In this document: positions 34,490 through 45,263 of the stretch, in pieces
How the letters are laid out: each line of letters opens with the position of its first letter
How positions within the stretch are numbered: the first letter of the stretch is position 1
Assembly: GCA_902629465.1 (NCBI GenBank)
Contig: CACOQX010000002.1
Coordinates: 22,294-86,293 of the forward strand
Source: an uncultured SAR86 cluster bacterium
Lineage (GTDB): Bacteria; Pseudomonadota; Gammaproteobacteria; Magnimaribacterales; AG-339-G14
DNA: 64,000 nucleotides
Reading direction: 5' to 3'
Position numbers and translations under genes: made by a program
Notes under the pieces: generated by a model
The model's input: the letters and a program-made list of their open reading frames with translations, nothing else
The model's database searches: none
Told to the model about the DNA's origin: nothing

Positions 34490-35725
34490 ATGTCTTTAAC
34501 TGCAAAAATCCTGCTAGGGATGCTTCTCGGAATAATTTTAGGAAGTATCTCAAACTCTGTTTTTCAAGATAATTTACCAAGTTTTTTAAATTTCTTTTCA
34601 GAATTTATTGATGCTCTAGGAAGTATTTTTCTTTCTCTTCTAAAATTACTAGTTGTTCCATTGGTTTTTGTATCTTTAGTTGTGGGAGTTTCCAACCTAG
34701 CTTCTGACAAGCAACTCCTGACTATCAGCTCTAAAGCAATTGCACTTTATTTATTCACCACTGCATTGGCAATTATAAGCGCTTTATTTGTGAGTTCTTT
34801 CTTTGAAATGGCAAATGGTGTCAGCATGGTAAGTGATTCATCTTTTGAACAAGATGCTATTCCATCTCTTAAAGATACTTTTGTAAATTTATTTCCCAGC
34901 AATCCAATTGAAGCTATGGCAGCCGGTAATATGATTCAGATCATAATATTTGCTATGTTATTTGGGTATGGTGTAAACAAAATTTCAAACGAGACATCTA
35001 AAATAAGATCGTTCTTCATAGATTTAAATGAAATTATCTTAAACATTGTTAATTTTGTAATTTGGCTTTCCCCAGTTGGAGTATTTTGTTTGATATTTTC
35101 AACTTTTTCGTCTTTGGGAATATCAATTATCTTTACTTTGATTAATTACTTTCTAATCGTTGTAGGAGTCTTAATATTTCATGCTGCTTTTACCTATAGC
35201 TTATTACTAACTTCGTTAGCAAAAATTAACCCTTTAATTTTCTTCACAAAAATGAGAGAAGCCATCATTTTTGCTTTCAGCACATCTTCAAGCAGCGCGA
35301 CTATGCCGGTAACTTTAAAAACTGTAGAAGAAAAGCTCGGCGTTGACAAATCTGTAAGTTCTTTTTGTATCCCTTTGGGAACAACCATAAACATGGATGG
35401 CACTGCAATCATGCAGGGCGTAGCAACGGTATTCATCGCTCAGGTATATCAAGTTGATTTGAGTATGATGGAATATTTAATGGTTATTATCACAGCAACT
35501 TTAGCCTCAATCGGAACTGCCGGAGTTCCTGGAGTAGGGCTAATCATGTTAGCCATGGTTCTTCAACAAGTAGGGTTGCCAGTTGAAGGGATCGCTTTAA
35601 TTATAGGCGTTGATAGATTATTAGATATGTTAAGAACAGCAGTAAACGTATCAGGAGATGCAACTATCTCTTGTATTGTTGCAAATTCAGAAAATCAGCT
35701 CTCAAGAAAGGATTTTATTAGTTAA
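34490..35725 (+). CDS. Dicarboxylate/amino acid:cation symporter (DAACS/GltP family)
   Basis: 411 aa polytopic; AFSTSSSSATMPVT (SSSxATLP-type reentrant loop) and NMDGTA motif. Confidence 0.88.
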   Translation: MSLTAKILLGMLLGIILGSISNSVFQDNLPSFLNFFSEFIDALGSIFLSLLKLLVVPLVFVSLVVGVSNLASDKQLLTISSKAIALYLFTTALAIISALFVSSFFEMANGVSMVSDSSFEQDAIPSLKDTFVNLFPSNPIEAMAAGNMIQIIIFAMLFGYGVNKISNETSKIRSFFIDLNEIILNIVNFVIWLSPVGVFCLIFSTFSSLGISIIFTLINYFLIVVGVLIFHAAFTYSLLLTSLAKINPLIFFTKMREAIIFAFSTSSSSATMPVTLKTVEEKLGVDKSVSSFCIPLGTTINMDGTAIMQGVATVFIAQVYQVDLSMMEYLMVIITATLASIGTAGVPGVGLIMLAMVLQQVGLPVEGIALIIGVDRLLDMLRTAVNVSGDATISCIVANSENQLSRKDFIS

Positions 35726-35778
35726 AAAATAGTTGCTAATCTGGTAAATTAGCGTTTTTATTCTCGGGAGAGTCACTT

Positions 35779-37761
35779 ATGGAAACTTATATTTCTATGC
35801 CGCCAATCTTCGGCCTTTTCGGTTTGTTAATTGCATTTGTTCTTTATTTTATTGTTGTTAGTTATGACGAAGGTTCTGAAAAAGTAAAAAAAATTGCTGA
35901 CCAAATACACTTAGGTGCAATGGTTTTCATGCGCCGAGAATACTCATATTTATTTTTCTTTGTTTTAGTTTTAATTGCCTTATCTTATTATGCTCTAGGT
36001 TTTAATACCGCACTTGCAGTTACAGCAGGAGCTCTTTCTTCGTCTTTAGCAGGTTGGCTTGGAATGTTTTCTGCTACAAAAGCAAACTCCAGAACAGCAA
36101 CCGCTGCTGCTGAAAAAGGCTCAAAAGTAGCCCTTTCAATTGCCTTTTATGGCGGTTCGATTATGGGTTTGTGTGTAGCTTCTTTAGGTCTTGTAGGTTT
36201 AGGTGGATTGTATTTTTATTTTGGAGGAGATCCAGCAACTGCTAGAGCTATCGAAGGATTTGGAATGGGAGCATCCTGTGTAGCTTTATTTTCAAGAGTA
36301 GGTGGCGGGATTTATACCAAAAGTGCGGATGTTGGTGCTGATTTAGTAGGTAAGGTTGAGGCAGGTATTCCTGAAGATGACCCAAGAAATCCCGGTGTAA
36401 TTGCTGATAATGTTGGAGACAATGTCGGCGATGTTGCTGGTATGGGTTCTGATATTTTCGAATCTTATTGCGGAGCGATGATTGCTTCAATTGCTATTGC
36501 ATCTACATTAGACGATTCTGGAATGATGCTTCTACCTCTTGCGCTTGCTTCTATTGGACTAATAGCCTCAGTTCTTGGAATAATTATTGTCAAAGCATTT
36601 TCTTCAATGTCACCTGATGCTGCTTTGAGAACCGGCACCATAGGTTCAGCAGTTTTATTCATCATTGCTGCATATTTTCTAATCCAATTATTCATTGGAG
36701 AAGGATTTGTTAACATTTGGCTTGCTGTTCTAACTGGCGCAGTAGGAGGAGTTCTCATAGGATTGATTACTGAGTATTACACTGGAAGCAGTCCGATTAG
36801 GCAGATTGCAAAATCAGGAGAAACTGGCCCGGCAACTGTAATGATTACTGGCTTAGCTGTTGGTATGCAATCTGTGGTTCTTCCAATCCTCGTGCTTGCA
36901 ACAATAATTTGGATATCGACAAGTTTGACTGGTTTATATGGAGTTGGAATAGCTGCTGTTGGAATGCTCGCTACAGTTGGTATAACCATGGCTATAGATG
37001 CCTATGGACCTGTCGCAGATAATGCCGGCGGCATTGCTGAAATGGCTGGTATGGGTCCAGAAACTAGAGAAATTACTGATGGCTTAGATGAAGTAGGAAA
37101 CTCAACTGCAGCTATAGGAAAGGGCTTTGCAATCGGTGCTGCTGCTTTAGCAGCTTTAGCTATTATCGCAGCCTTTGTAGAAACGGTTGCGCATAACAAA
37201 GGAGAGTTTGAACTACTTCTTTCAGATCCTCGCGTTTTAGTTGGAATGTTTATTGGTATCTCAATTCCCTTTTTAATTTCTTCGATAACAATGACTGCAG
37301 TTGGAGACGCAGCCTTTGAGATGATCAATGAAATCAGAAGACAGTTTAGGGAAATCCCAGGATTACTCGAAGGAAATGCAGAACCAGATACAGCGAAATG
37401 CGTAGACATTGCGACTTCAGCAGCTTTGAAAAGAATGCTTATTCCAGGCGTCATTGCAGTAGGTGCACCTGCTGTAGTAGGTTTTGGTTTAGGCGCAGAA
37501 TCCTTGGGCGGAATGCTTGGCGGCGGACTAATCGGATGCGTAGCGATGGCCTTGATGATGGCTAATGCTGGTGGAGCTTGGGATAACGCAAAAAAATATA
37601 TTGAAAAAGGAAATCTTGGAGGAAAGGGCACTGATACTCATTCGGCAGCGGTTGTTGGAGATACTGTGGGAGATCCGTTTAAAGATACTTCAGGACCTTC
37701 AATGAATATTCTTATTAATGTAATGGCAATAGTAAGTTTGGTTATTTCCCCATTGCTTTAA
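35779..37761 (+). CDS. hppA: Membrane-integral pyrophosphate-energised cation pump (K+-dependent type)
   Basis: 660 aa; [53 protein letters not shown] and [16 protein letters not shown] motifs. Confidence 0.95.
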   Translation: METYISMPPIFGLFGLLIAFVLYFIVVSYDEGSEKVKKIADQIHLGAMVFMRREYSYLFFFVLVLIALSYYALGFNTALAVTAGALSSSLAGWLGMFSATKANSRTATAAAEKGSKVALSIAFYGGSIMGLCVASLGLVGLGGLYFYFGGDPATARAIEGFGMGASCVALFSRVGGGIYTKSADVGADLVGKVEAGIPEDDPRNPGVIADNVGDNVGDVAGMGSDIFESYCGAMIASIAIASTLDDSGMMLLPLALASIGLIASVLGIIIVKAFSSMSPDAALRTGTIGSAVLFIIAAYFLIQLFIGEGFVNIWLAVLTGAVGGVLIGLITEYYTGSSPIRQIAKSGETGPATVMITGLAVGMQSVVLPILVLATIIWISTSLTGLYGVGIAAVGMLATVGITMAIDAYGPVADNAGGIAEMAGMGPETREITDGLDEVGNSTAAIGKGFAIGAAALAALAIIAAFVETVAHNKGEFELLLSDPRVLVGMFIGISIPFLISSITMTAVGDAAFEMINEIRRQFREIPGLLEGNAEPDTAKCVDIATSAALKRMLIPGVIAVGAPAVVGFGLGAESLGGMLGGGLIGCVAMALMMANAGGAWDNAKKYIEKGNLGGKGTDTHSAAVVGDTVGDPFKDTSGPSMNILINVMAIVSLVISPLL

Positions 37762-37767
37762 ATTTTT

Positions 37768-39861
37768 TTACTGGGCGATAATCAAATTTTGTTTATCGCC
37801 TAGCCACCTATCAAGAAGAATCTTAGATATTTCCTCGTCTTTTTGATTTAAACCTTCTACCAGTTTTTCTGCTTTTTTTATTAAGTGAGCATCTCTAGAT
37901 AAATCGGAGATTTTAAGTTCTATTCCTCCAGATTGTTTGGTGCCTAAAATTTCTCCAGTACCTCTCAGCTTCATATCGATTTCTGAGATTTCAAATCCAT
38001 CGTTGGTCGATTTCATCGCTTCAAGTCTCGCCTTAGCAATTTCACCAATCTCTCCGTGATAAATCAAAACACAATAAGCATCTAAATCTGCTTTCCTTCC
38101 CACTCTTCCCCTTAATTGGTGTAATTGACTCAAACCCAGTCTTTCGGCATTTTCAATAACCATCAAACTAGCATTGGGAACATCCATGCCAACTTCAATA
38201 ACAGTCGTACAGACCAGTACATCGGTTTTACCGCTTCTGAAATTCTCTATTGCCTTATCTCTTTCATCTTTTGAAAGTTTGCTATGCACAAGACCAACAT
38301 TCAAACCGTTGGTATTTTCCTTAATCCATTCTTTGGCTTCATCAGCTGCTTGAACATCTAGATTTTCAGATTCTTCAATCATAGTACAAAGCCAAAAAAC
38401 TTGATTACCGGATTTACATACAGTCTCTAATCTTTTTACTATTTCGTCTTTCTTCTTATCACTATAAACCAGAGTTTCTACTGGTTTTCTACCTGGCGGC
38501 AATTCATCGATTTTCGAAGTTTCCAGATCAGCAAAAATTGTCATTGCTAAGGTTCTTGGTATGGGTGTTGCAGTCATGAATAATTGATGGGGCATTATTC
38601 GATCGGAACTTTTCTTAACCAAATCAAATCTTTGCTTTACACCAAATCTTTGTTGTTCATCTACTACCACAAGACCAAGATTTTTCATTTTCACTTTATC
38701 TTGAAAGACTGCATGCGTACCAATCAAAATATCAATTTCGCCATCTTCTAAGTCCTGATAGATTAATCTTCTTTTAGAAATAGGCATTTTCCCAGTTAAT
38801 AATTCAATTTTTATATTTGAGTTTTTAAACCATTCTGAAAAGTTTTTGAAATGTTGTTCCGCTAAAACCTCTGTGGGACAAAGCAGAACAGATTGAGTGT
38901 CATTTTTTGCAGAGATATACATGCTCACAGCTGCTACTACTGTTTTTCCTGATCCCACATCACCTTGGACCAATCTCCTCATAGGCTTGGCAAGAGAAAT
39001 ATCATCTGAAATTTCTTTGATTGTTCTTTCTTGAGCCTTGGTTAATTTGAAAGGTAAATTTTCTTTAAATAAAGTTACTTCTTCTTTTGAAATTGGCATT
39101 TGTTTTGCTTTGAGCTTATTTATTTTTTCGGAGGCGATTTTGACTCCAATGAGATTCGTCGCTAATTCTTCGACTATTAAACGTTCTTGAGCCTCGTGTT
39201 TGTAACTATTGATTTTAATAATGTCATCATCAACAGAAGGACTATGAATTTTCAGTAAGGCATCTTTAACAGATAAAGAGCTTATTTTTTGTTGTTTAAA
39301 TATTGAATCAATCTCCTTTTCGTTGAGATCTAGTTCCTCAATTTCTTTTAAACATTCTTTAATTATGTTTCTTGCTCTAAATTGAGTCAGTTTTGTAGAA
39401 CCAAGAGAATAAATTGGAGTAAGGGTATTATCTAAAACAGGTCGTTTGGATGATGCAAAGATTTTATAGCTTGGATGAAACACTTGAAGCAAAGAACCAT
39501 TCGTCCTAATAACACCATAGCCTCTAACATGTAGACCAACTTTAAAAGCTTTGGCTTGAGCAAATGAAAAATAAAATAACCTAATTTGTAAAAATCCTGT
39601 ACCGTCAGATATTCTTGCCATAAAAGACCTTCTGCCTGGAAATATGGTCTTACTTTCAAGAATTTCACCCTCAAACTGAAATGCTTCTCCTGGAATTAAA
39701 TCCTTTATGGAAGTTAATTTCGTTCTATTTTCGTATTTTTTGGGCAGTAAAAAGAGAGCATCCTGAATATAGTTAATGCCAATTTTATTGAGTTCTTCTT
39801 TAACTTTGGGGCCAACTCCTTTTATTTCTGAGATGCTTTTTTGAAGTGATTTGCTTTTCAC
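37768..39861 (-). CDS. recG: ATP-dependent DNA helicase RecG
   Basis: 697 aa; wedge domain, Walker A GDVGSGKT, DEQQRFG, and QLHQLRGRVGR. Confidence 0.95.
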   Translation of the reverse strand: MKSKSLQKSISEIKGVGPKVKEELNKIGINYIQDALFLLPKKYENRTKLTSIKDLIPGEAFQFEGEILESKTIFPGRRSFMARISDGTGFLQIRLFYFSFAQAKAFKVGLHVRGYGVIRTNGSLLQVFHPSYKIFASSKRPVLDNTLTPIYSLGSTKLTQFRARNIIKECLKEIEELDLNEKEIDSIFKQQKISSLSVKDALLKIHSPSVDDDIIKINSYKHEAQERLIVEELATNLIGVKIASEKINKLKAKQMPISKEEVTLFKENLPFKLTKAQERTIKEISDDISLAKPMRRLVQGDVGSGKTVVAAVSMYISAKNDTQSVLLCPTEVLAEQHFKNFSEWFKNSNIKIELLTGKMPISKRRLIYQDLEDGEIDILIGTHAVFQDKVKMKNLGLVVVDEQQRFGVKQRFDLVKKSSDRIMPHQLFMTATPIPRTLAMTIFADLETSKIDELPPGRKPVETLVYSDKKKDEIVKRLETVCKSGNQVFWLCTMIEESENLDVQAADEAKEWIKENTNGLNVGLVHSKLSKDERDKAIENFRSGKTDVLVCTTVIEVGMDVPNASLMVIENAERLGLSQLHQLRGRVGRKADLDAYCVLIYHGEIGEIAKARLEAMKSTNDGFEISEIDMKLRGTGEILGTKQSGGIELKISDLSRDAHLIKKAEKLVEGLNQKDEEISKILLDRWLGDKQNLIIAQ

Positions 39862-40232
39862 TCTTTAAAAGCAATGGTTTCGATTTCTACTGAACTTCCC
39901 TTTGGTAATTTTGATACTTCATATGCAGCTCTTGCAGGATAAGGTCTTGAAAATATGTTGGCCATTATTTGATTTACTTTCTCAAAATGACTTAAGTCTT
40001 CTAATAACACTGAAAGTTTTACTATATTTGAAAAATCCATTCCATCGGCTTTTAAAATTTGATTAATATTTTCAAAAACTTGATTGATTTGATTTTCAAT
40101 TCCTTCAACTAATTCCATCGTTTTGGGATCTAAAGGTATCTGACCAGAAATAAACAAAAAGCCATTTACTTTCACAGCTTGAGAGTATGTTCCAATGGCC
40201 TTTGGGGCATTATCAGTTTCAATTATCTTCAC
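39858..40232 (-). CDS. ridA: RidA/YjgF family reactive-intermediate deaminase
   Basis: 124 aa; APKAIGTYSQAV.., PARAAYEVSKLPKGSSVEIE. Confidence 0.9.
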   Translation of the reverse strand: MKIIETDNAPKAIGTYSQAVKVNGFLFISGQIPLDPKTMELVEGIENQINQVFENINQILKADGMDFSNIVKLSVLLEDLSHFEKVNQIMANIFSRPYPARAAYEVSKLPKGSSVEIETIAFKE

Positions 40233-42396
40233 TTATTTCCTCTTCAATAATTGGAAGGGTAGCATTTCTTTGCTCCCAGCTATGTATCCTTGTAGCTGAA
40301 ATGACAAAGTCTTTTCGACGCAATCTTCTTAGTATTTTTGCCAAATGATTTCTATCCGTTACTGCGAGCAGAATATAAAGATCCACTTTATTTCCAGCAG
40401 GTGGGTCACTTTTTATGCTTTCAATGTTAGTTGAGTACTCTGCGATTACTGCTGAAACTTCTGCAAGTATTCCAGCTTTATCTTCTGCAACAATTTTTAT
40501 CTCTACTGAAAAGTCTCCTGACAAAGTATCCTCCCACTGTACTGGAGAACACAAAGCTGGATCATGACGAATTGGTAAGATGTTTTTACATCTTTCTTGG
40601 TGAATAACAATTCCTCTACTTGTTGAAAAGTGCGCAATTACATGGTCTCCAGGAATAGGTCGACAACAACTTGAATAGGTTACCACCAAGCCTTCAGCAC
40701 CTGTAATTTGTAAGTTAGAGAATTGAATTTCTTCATTTTCTTTCTCATCAAGAAATTGCATGATTTGATGAGCAACAACAAGACTAGATCTTTTTCCTGA
40801 GCCGATACTTTCAAGAAGTTCTCTAACGCTTTTATAGTTTAAGGAGGTGAGAAGCTTTTTCATTTTATTTTTAGGAACATCTCTTAGTTTTGTTTGATGA
40901 GGTAATAAAGATTGCTCTAAAAGTTGTTTTCCAAATTTTCTTGACTCTGACTCTTTAAGATTCTTCAAATTATGGCGAATAGCCGATCTTGCTCTGGAAG
41001 TTCTAATGAAATCTAGCCAGCTTGGGTTTGTTTGCGGAACTTTATCAGTAATAATTTCTACAGTCTGACCACTTTCTAAAGGAACACTTAAGGGAGCAAG
41101 ATTTTTATTGATTCTGCAACCGCTACAATGTAGTCCAATATCTGAATGCAAAGCGAAGGCGAAATCTATTGGTGTTGAATCCTTAGGCAAATCAATGATA
41201 TCTCCTTGAGGAGTAAAAACGTACACTTCGTTGGATACTAAACCTGTTTTGATTACTTCAACAAAATCTGAAGCATCTTCTGATCGTGCATTTATTTCCA
41301 TCAAGCCATTAACCCACCTTCTTGCTCTGGCTTGAACTGGGTTATCCTTTTCTCCAGATTTATAAACCCAATGCGCTGCTATTCCAAACTCAGCTAATTC
41401 GTCCATTTCACTCGTTCTAATTTGAATTTCAACAGGTAGTCCTTCAAAAGTCATGATTCCGGTATGCAGTGATTGATAAGAATTAGATTTTGGTATGGCT
41501 ATATAATCTTTAAACCTTCCCTCGATGGGATTAAAAGCATTGTGTATTACACCTAGCGCCTTATAACAGTCCATGGCATTTGATGTGGTTATTTTCAAAG
41601 CATAAACGTCTAAAACTTCTTTCAAAGTTTTGGACTGTCTTTTCATTTTTTTATAGATACCATAAAAATGCTTTCTTCTGCTGGAAATTGCACAATCTAA
41701 GTCTTGCTCTTGCAACTTTTGATTTATGGAACTTTCAACTTTTTTTAGAATCTTTTTCCTTCCTCTGGTGTTATTTTTTACAGCTTCCTCGATAACTCTA
41801 AACCTAAGTGGATATAAAATTTCAAATGCCAAGTCTTCTAGCTCCCTATAAATTTGATGCATTCCTAATCTGTGAGCAATTGGTGCGTAAATTTCAAGAG
41901 TTTCATTAGCTATTCTTAATTTTTTTTCTTTATTAAGGAATTTTATTGTTCTCATGTTGTGCAATCTATCTGCGAGTTTTACAACAATGACCCTTATGTC
42001 TTCCGACATTGCAAGAACCATTTTTTGAAAACTTTCTGCTTGTAAATCTTTTTTTGAAGTTAATTCAACTTTATCCAGCTTGCTTACACCATCAACCAAG
42101 TTAGCAACTTCTTTATTGAATTCTTTCTTTAAAAAGGTTTTGGGAATACCTGAATCTTCAATAACATCATGAAGCATTGCAGCAGACAGACAGTCTTGAT
42201 CCATTTTTAATTTTCCTAGTATTTCTGCAACGGCGAGAGGATGAGACACATAAGGATCTCCACTTACTCTAAATTGACCCGAATGTGCATTTGCAGCGAA
42301 AAAATAAGCTTTTTTTACTTGTTCAAGCTGATCTTGATCAAGATACTTTCCAAGGTTTTTGGTAAGTTTATTAAGGTTTTTTGTCTCAGTTGCCAT
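40219..42396 (-). CDS. spoT: Bifunctional (p)ppGpp synthetase/hydrolase
   Basis: HD domain (HPLAVAEIL..AAMLHDVIEDS), synthetase domain (YQSLHTGI), TGS and ACT regions. Lies downstream of rpoZ. Start is ATG 42396 or TTG 42402. Confidence 0.93.
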   Translation of the reverse strand: MATETKNLNKLTKNLGKYLDQDQLEQVKKAYFFAANAHSGQFRVSGDPYVSHPLAVAEILGKLKMDQDCLSAAMLHDVIEDSGIPKTFLKKEFNKEVANLVDGVSKLDKVELTSKKDLQAESFQKMVLAMSEDIRVIVVKLADRLHNMRTIKFLNKEKKLRIANETLEIYAPIAHRLGMHQIYRELEDLAFEILYPLRFRVIEEAVKNNTRGRKKILKKVESSINQKLQEQDLDCAISSRRKHFYGIYKKMKRQSKTLKEVLDVYALKITTSNAMDCYKALGVIHNAFNPIEGRFKDYIAIPKSNSYQSLHTGIMTFEGLPVEIQIRTSEMDELAEFGIAAHWVYKSGEKDNPVQARARRWVNGLMEINARSEDASDFVEVIKTGLVSNEVYVFTPQGDIIDLPKDSTPIDFAFALHSDIGLHCSGCRINKNLAPLSVPLESGQTVEIITDKVPQTNPSWLDFIRTSRARSAIRHNLKNLKESESRKFGKQLLEQSLLPHQTKLRDVPKNKMKKLLTSLNYKSVRELLESIGSGKRSSLVVAHQIMQFLDEKENEEIQFSNLQITGAEGLVVTYSSCCRPIPGDHVIAHFSTSRGIVIHQERCKNILPIRHDPALCSPVQWEDTLSGDFSVEIKIVAEDKAGILAEVSAVIAEYSTNIESIKSDPPAGNKVDLYILLAVTDRNHLAKILRRLRRKDFVISATRIHSWEQRNATLPIIEEEISEDN

Positions 42397-42423
42397 TAGC
42401 AAAGAGAGTTTACCAAAAAAAAG

Positions 42424-42690
42424 TTATTCTATGCCTTCGTCGTCCGAAGTTAATTGATCAGAGAGTTCCTCTTCAAAGGCGTCAAAGTTAAAGCTATCTA
42501 TGTTTTCTAGAGTTACAGTTCCAGCAGCAATCTCTCGAAGAGCAATTACTGTAGGCTTATCGTCTTCTGGGTCGATGGTAGGTTCTCTTCCGTCTATAGC
42601 CAGTTGTTTAACTCGCTTTGCAGCAAGTTTCACCATTTCATATCTATTTGGGATTTTTTTCAAACAATCTTCGACAGTAATTCTAGCCAT
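42424..42690 (-). CDS. rpoZ: DNA-directed RNA polymerase subunit omega
   Basis: [30 protein letters not shown].. canonical RpoZ N-terminus. Confidence 0.95.
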   Translation of the reverse strand: MARITVEDCLKKIPNRYEMVKLAAKRVKQLAIDGREPTIDPEDDKPTVIALREIAAGTVTLENIDSFNFDAFEEELSDQLTSDDEGIE

Positions 42691-42734
42691 GCATTAACCT
42701 CTTGAGGAAGTGGATTCTACTTAATTTTTATTGA

Positions 42735-43358
42735 TTATTCTACTAATCTTTTAATCAAGTCTTTAGAAGCTCTTGAATTAAATTTTATAGGTGAAATACC
42801 TTCAAAAAGAATTTTTGACAGATCTTCAAAGGCTTTATCGAAATCATCATTTAAGACTAAATAATCGTACATTTCGGACTTACTGATTTCTTTTTTTGCT
42901 TCCGATAGTCTGTTTTCTATTGCTTCAGACGAATCTAGATTTCTTTTAATTAGTCTTTGTTTCAAATCGTCCAAAGACGGAGGAACTAAAAAAATAAGTT
43001 TAGCATCATCAAAAAGTTCTTTTACTGCATAGGCGCCTTGCCAATCCAATTCTAAAATTAAGCTTGAGTTATTTTGTTTTGTATTTATTTCAGCCTTTGA
43101 AGTACCATAGAAATTCCCAAAGACAGTTGCGTATTCAACATATTCTTCCTTTTTAATTTTATCTTTGAAATCTTTTTCAGATAAAAAATAATAATCTTTA
43201 CCTTCTAAATCTCCTTGACGTTTTTGTCTCGAAGTATCCGAAATACTTTTTTCAAAGTTCGCAGACCTTGAGTCTTCAAAAAGCTTATTTATCAAAGACG
43301 TTTTACCACCTCCCGAAGGACTGGAAATAACAAAAAGTTTGTGGAGATTTTCAGGCAT
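42735..43358 (-). CDS. gmk: Guanylate kinase
   Basis: P-loop ISSPSGGGKTSL and SDTSRQKRQGDLEGKDYYF (TTR.xR.GE..G.dY.F pattern). Confidence 0.92.
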   Translation of the reverse strand: MPENLHKLFVISSPSGGGKTSLINKLFEDSRSANFEKSISDTSRQKRQGDLEGKDYYFLSEKDFKDKIKKEEYVEYATVFGNFYGTSKAEINTKQNNSSLILELDWQGAYAVKELFDDAKLIFLVPPSLDDLKQRLIKRNLDSSEAIENRLSEAKKEISKSEMYDYLVLNDDFDKAFEDLSKILFEGISPIKFNSRASKDLIKRLVE

Positions 43359-43387
43359 TGATAAAGTATGGAAACGTTGAAACCAAT

Positions 43388-43942
43388 ATGCAAGATTTTT
43401 TAGATAAAGCCATTGAATTAGAAGCCTTAAAGTTTGGAAGTTTTAAACTGAAATCTGGTATGGAAAGCGACTATTTTTTTAATATTGCTGCCTTTTTTGA
43501 TTCTGAATCACTTTCTTTTTTAGCTGATTGCTATGTATCTAAAATATTGGACTTGAAGATAGATTTTGATTTATTTTTTGGCCCTGCATATAAAGGTATT
43601 CCCTTGGCGTCAGTTGTTGCAACAAAATATTTTGAAGCAACAAAAAAAAATATCCCTTTAGCTTTTGACAGAAAGGAAGAGAAAGGTCATGGCGAAGGAG
43701 GAATCATTATGGGAGATTTGGAAGGCAAGAAAGCTTTATTGATTGATGATGTTTTAACCGCTGGAACCGCCATAAAGAACTCAATAGAAATTATCGAAAG
43801 CAACAGCGGGACTTTTGTGGGAGCATTAGTTGCTTTGGATAGAGAAGAGCCTTATGACTCAGATAAAACTTTTCAGGAGTTTTATGCTGAGCAAGGCATA
43901 AAAATACATTCAATAGCAAAAATTTCGGAACTTAAAAAATAA
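43388..43942 (+). CDS. pyrE: Orotate phosphoribosyltransferase
   Basis: ALKFGSFKLKSGMESDYFFN and PRPP motif LLIDDVLTAGTA. ATG at 43388 matches the E. coli PyrE N-terminus; the track start at 43358 is a TTG extension. Confidence 0.9.
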   Translation: MQDFLDKAIELEALKFGSFKLKSGMESDYFFNIAAFFDSESLSFLADCYVSKILDLKIDFDLFFGPAYKGIPLASVVATKYFEATKKNIPLAFDRKEEKGHGEGGIIMGDLEGKKALLIDDVLTAGTAIKNSIEIIESNSGTFVGALVALDREEPYDSDKTFQEFYAEQGIKIHSIAKISELKK

Positions 43943-43945
43943 AAA

Positions 43946-44539
43946 ATGTTTAGTGGAATAGTTCAGGCTGTATCAAAGAAGGTAAAATTTGAGGAAAAGG
44001 ATTACGGGTATAAGTTATCTATCACGGTTCCTGCTAATTTCACAAAAAAATTAAAGAAGGGCGATAGCGTTGCAGTCAATGGTGTTTGCTTAACGGTAGT
44101 TGATTTTAAAAAAGATCTGATTAAATTTGATGTTGTGCATGAATCAATCAAATTAACCAACATCTCAGAAAAATTTTCTGCCATACCATTTAACTTAGAG
44201 AGATCATTGAAGATCGGTGATGAAGTAGGAGGGCATTTTGTCTCTGGACATGTTCATAATATTGCTGAAATAATAAGTTTTGAGAATAAAAAAGAAAGAA
44301 TTCTTAAAATTAAAATTCCCTCTAATTTGAAAGGATACATTTTCAAAAAAGGGTATGTTTCTATTAATGGAATCAGCCTGACTGTAGTTAATGTGACAAA
44401 TAATTTTTTTACAATTTCTATAATTCCAGAAACTATTTCTAAAACTAATTTATCTTTTCTGAAAAAAGGTGATTTTGTAAACGTTGAAGCAGACCAACAA
44501 ACGATTTCTATAGTAGAGACTGTTAAAAAATTAACTTAA
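43946..44539 (+). CDS. ribE: Riboflavin synthase (alpha chain)
   Basis: MFSGIVQAV.. start and duplicated lumazine-binding repeats (SVAVNGVCLTVV / YVSINGISLTVV). Confidence 0.92.
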   Translation: MFSGIVQAVSKKVKFEEKDYGYKLSITVPANFTKKLKKGDSVAVNGVCLTVVDFKKDLIKFDVVHESIKLTNISEKFSAIPFNLERSLKIGDEVGGHFVSGHVHNIAEIISFENKKERILKIKIPSNLKGYIFKKGYVSINGISLTVVNVTNNFFTISIIPETISKTNLSFLKKGDFVNVEADQQTISIVETVKKLT

Positions 44540-44980
44540 GGCTTTTTTTACTAATTGGCTGACAACACCAGCATCTGCTTTACCTGCTATCAAAGGTTTA
44601 AGAGACCCCATTACTTTACCCATATCTTTCATGTCCTGAGCATCAACTTCAGAGATAACTTTAGAAACTAATTTAGAAACCTCTTCTTCTGACATTTGTT
44701 CAGGTAAAAATTCCTTTATGATTTCTATTTCTTGTTTTTCTTTGTCAGCCAATTCTTGCCTTTTCGCTTGTTCAAATTGTGCGATTGCATCATTTCTTTG
44801 TTTAATCATCTTTTCAAGAATTGAAGTAATTTGAAGTTCATCAAGATCTGACTTTTTTTCAATTTCAATTTTTTGAATTTCCGCAAGGATCATTCTCAAA
44901 ACAGTAGTTCTAAATTTGTCACCATCTTTCATAGAAATTGTGACTTGAGTTTTAATCAAGCTTTTAAGATTTTTGGACAT
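44531..44980 (-). CDS. GatB/YqeY domain protein
   Basis: 149 aa; MKDGDKFRTTVLRMILAEIQK.. and the C-terminal AD.G.VS..VK pattern of the YqeY family. Lies downstream of rpsU. Confidence 0.85.
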   Translation of the reverse strand: MSKNLKSLIKTQVTISMKDGDKFRTTVLRMILAEIQKIEIEKKSDLDELQITSILEKMIKQRNDAIAQFEQAKRQELADKEKQEIEIIKEFLPEQMSEEEVSKLVSKVISEVDAQDMKDMGKVMGSLKPLIAGKADAGVVSQLVKKALS

Positions 44981-45199
44981 TTAGACTCTTGCTCTCAAAG
45001 GCGGCATTTTGCCAAACTTTCTTCTTTTCGCTTGTCTTTTTACTGCTGCTGCAGCTTTTCTTTTCCTTACAGACGTAGGTTTTTCGTAAAATTCTCTTTT
45101 TCTTATTTCTGAAATGATTCCAGCTTTATCACAAGACCTTTTAAATCTTCTGAGTCCGGAATCGAAAGATTCATTATCTTTTAGCTTTATAATAGGCAT
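44981..45199 (-). CDS. rpsU: 30S ribosomal protein S21
   Basis: [47 protein letters not shown]. Confidence 0.97.
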   Translation of the reverse strand: MPIIKLKDNESFDSGLRRFKRSCDKAGIISEIRKREFYEKPTSVRKRKAAAAVKRQAKRRKFGKMPPLRARV

Positions 45200-45263
45200 A
45201 TTTATATTAGGCTGGCAATTCTATAGAGAGTTAAGATATTTTGCAAAATAACTTTTAATTAAA

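Noticed and set aside
36248-37631. Several antisense ORFs inside hppA (80, 97, 70 and 209 aa; Ala/Pro/Ile/Ser-rich).
   Set aside because: They are low-complexity translations with no recognisable motifs. They are the expected shadow of a Gly/Ala/Val-rich (GNN/GCN codon) gene on the opposite strand, and hppA itself is unambiguous.
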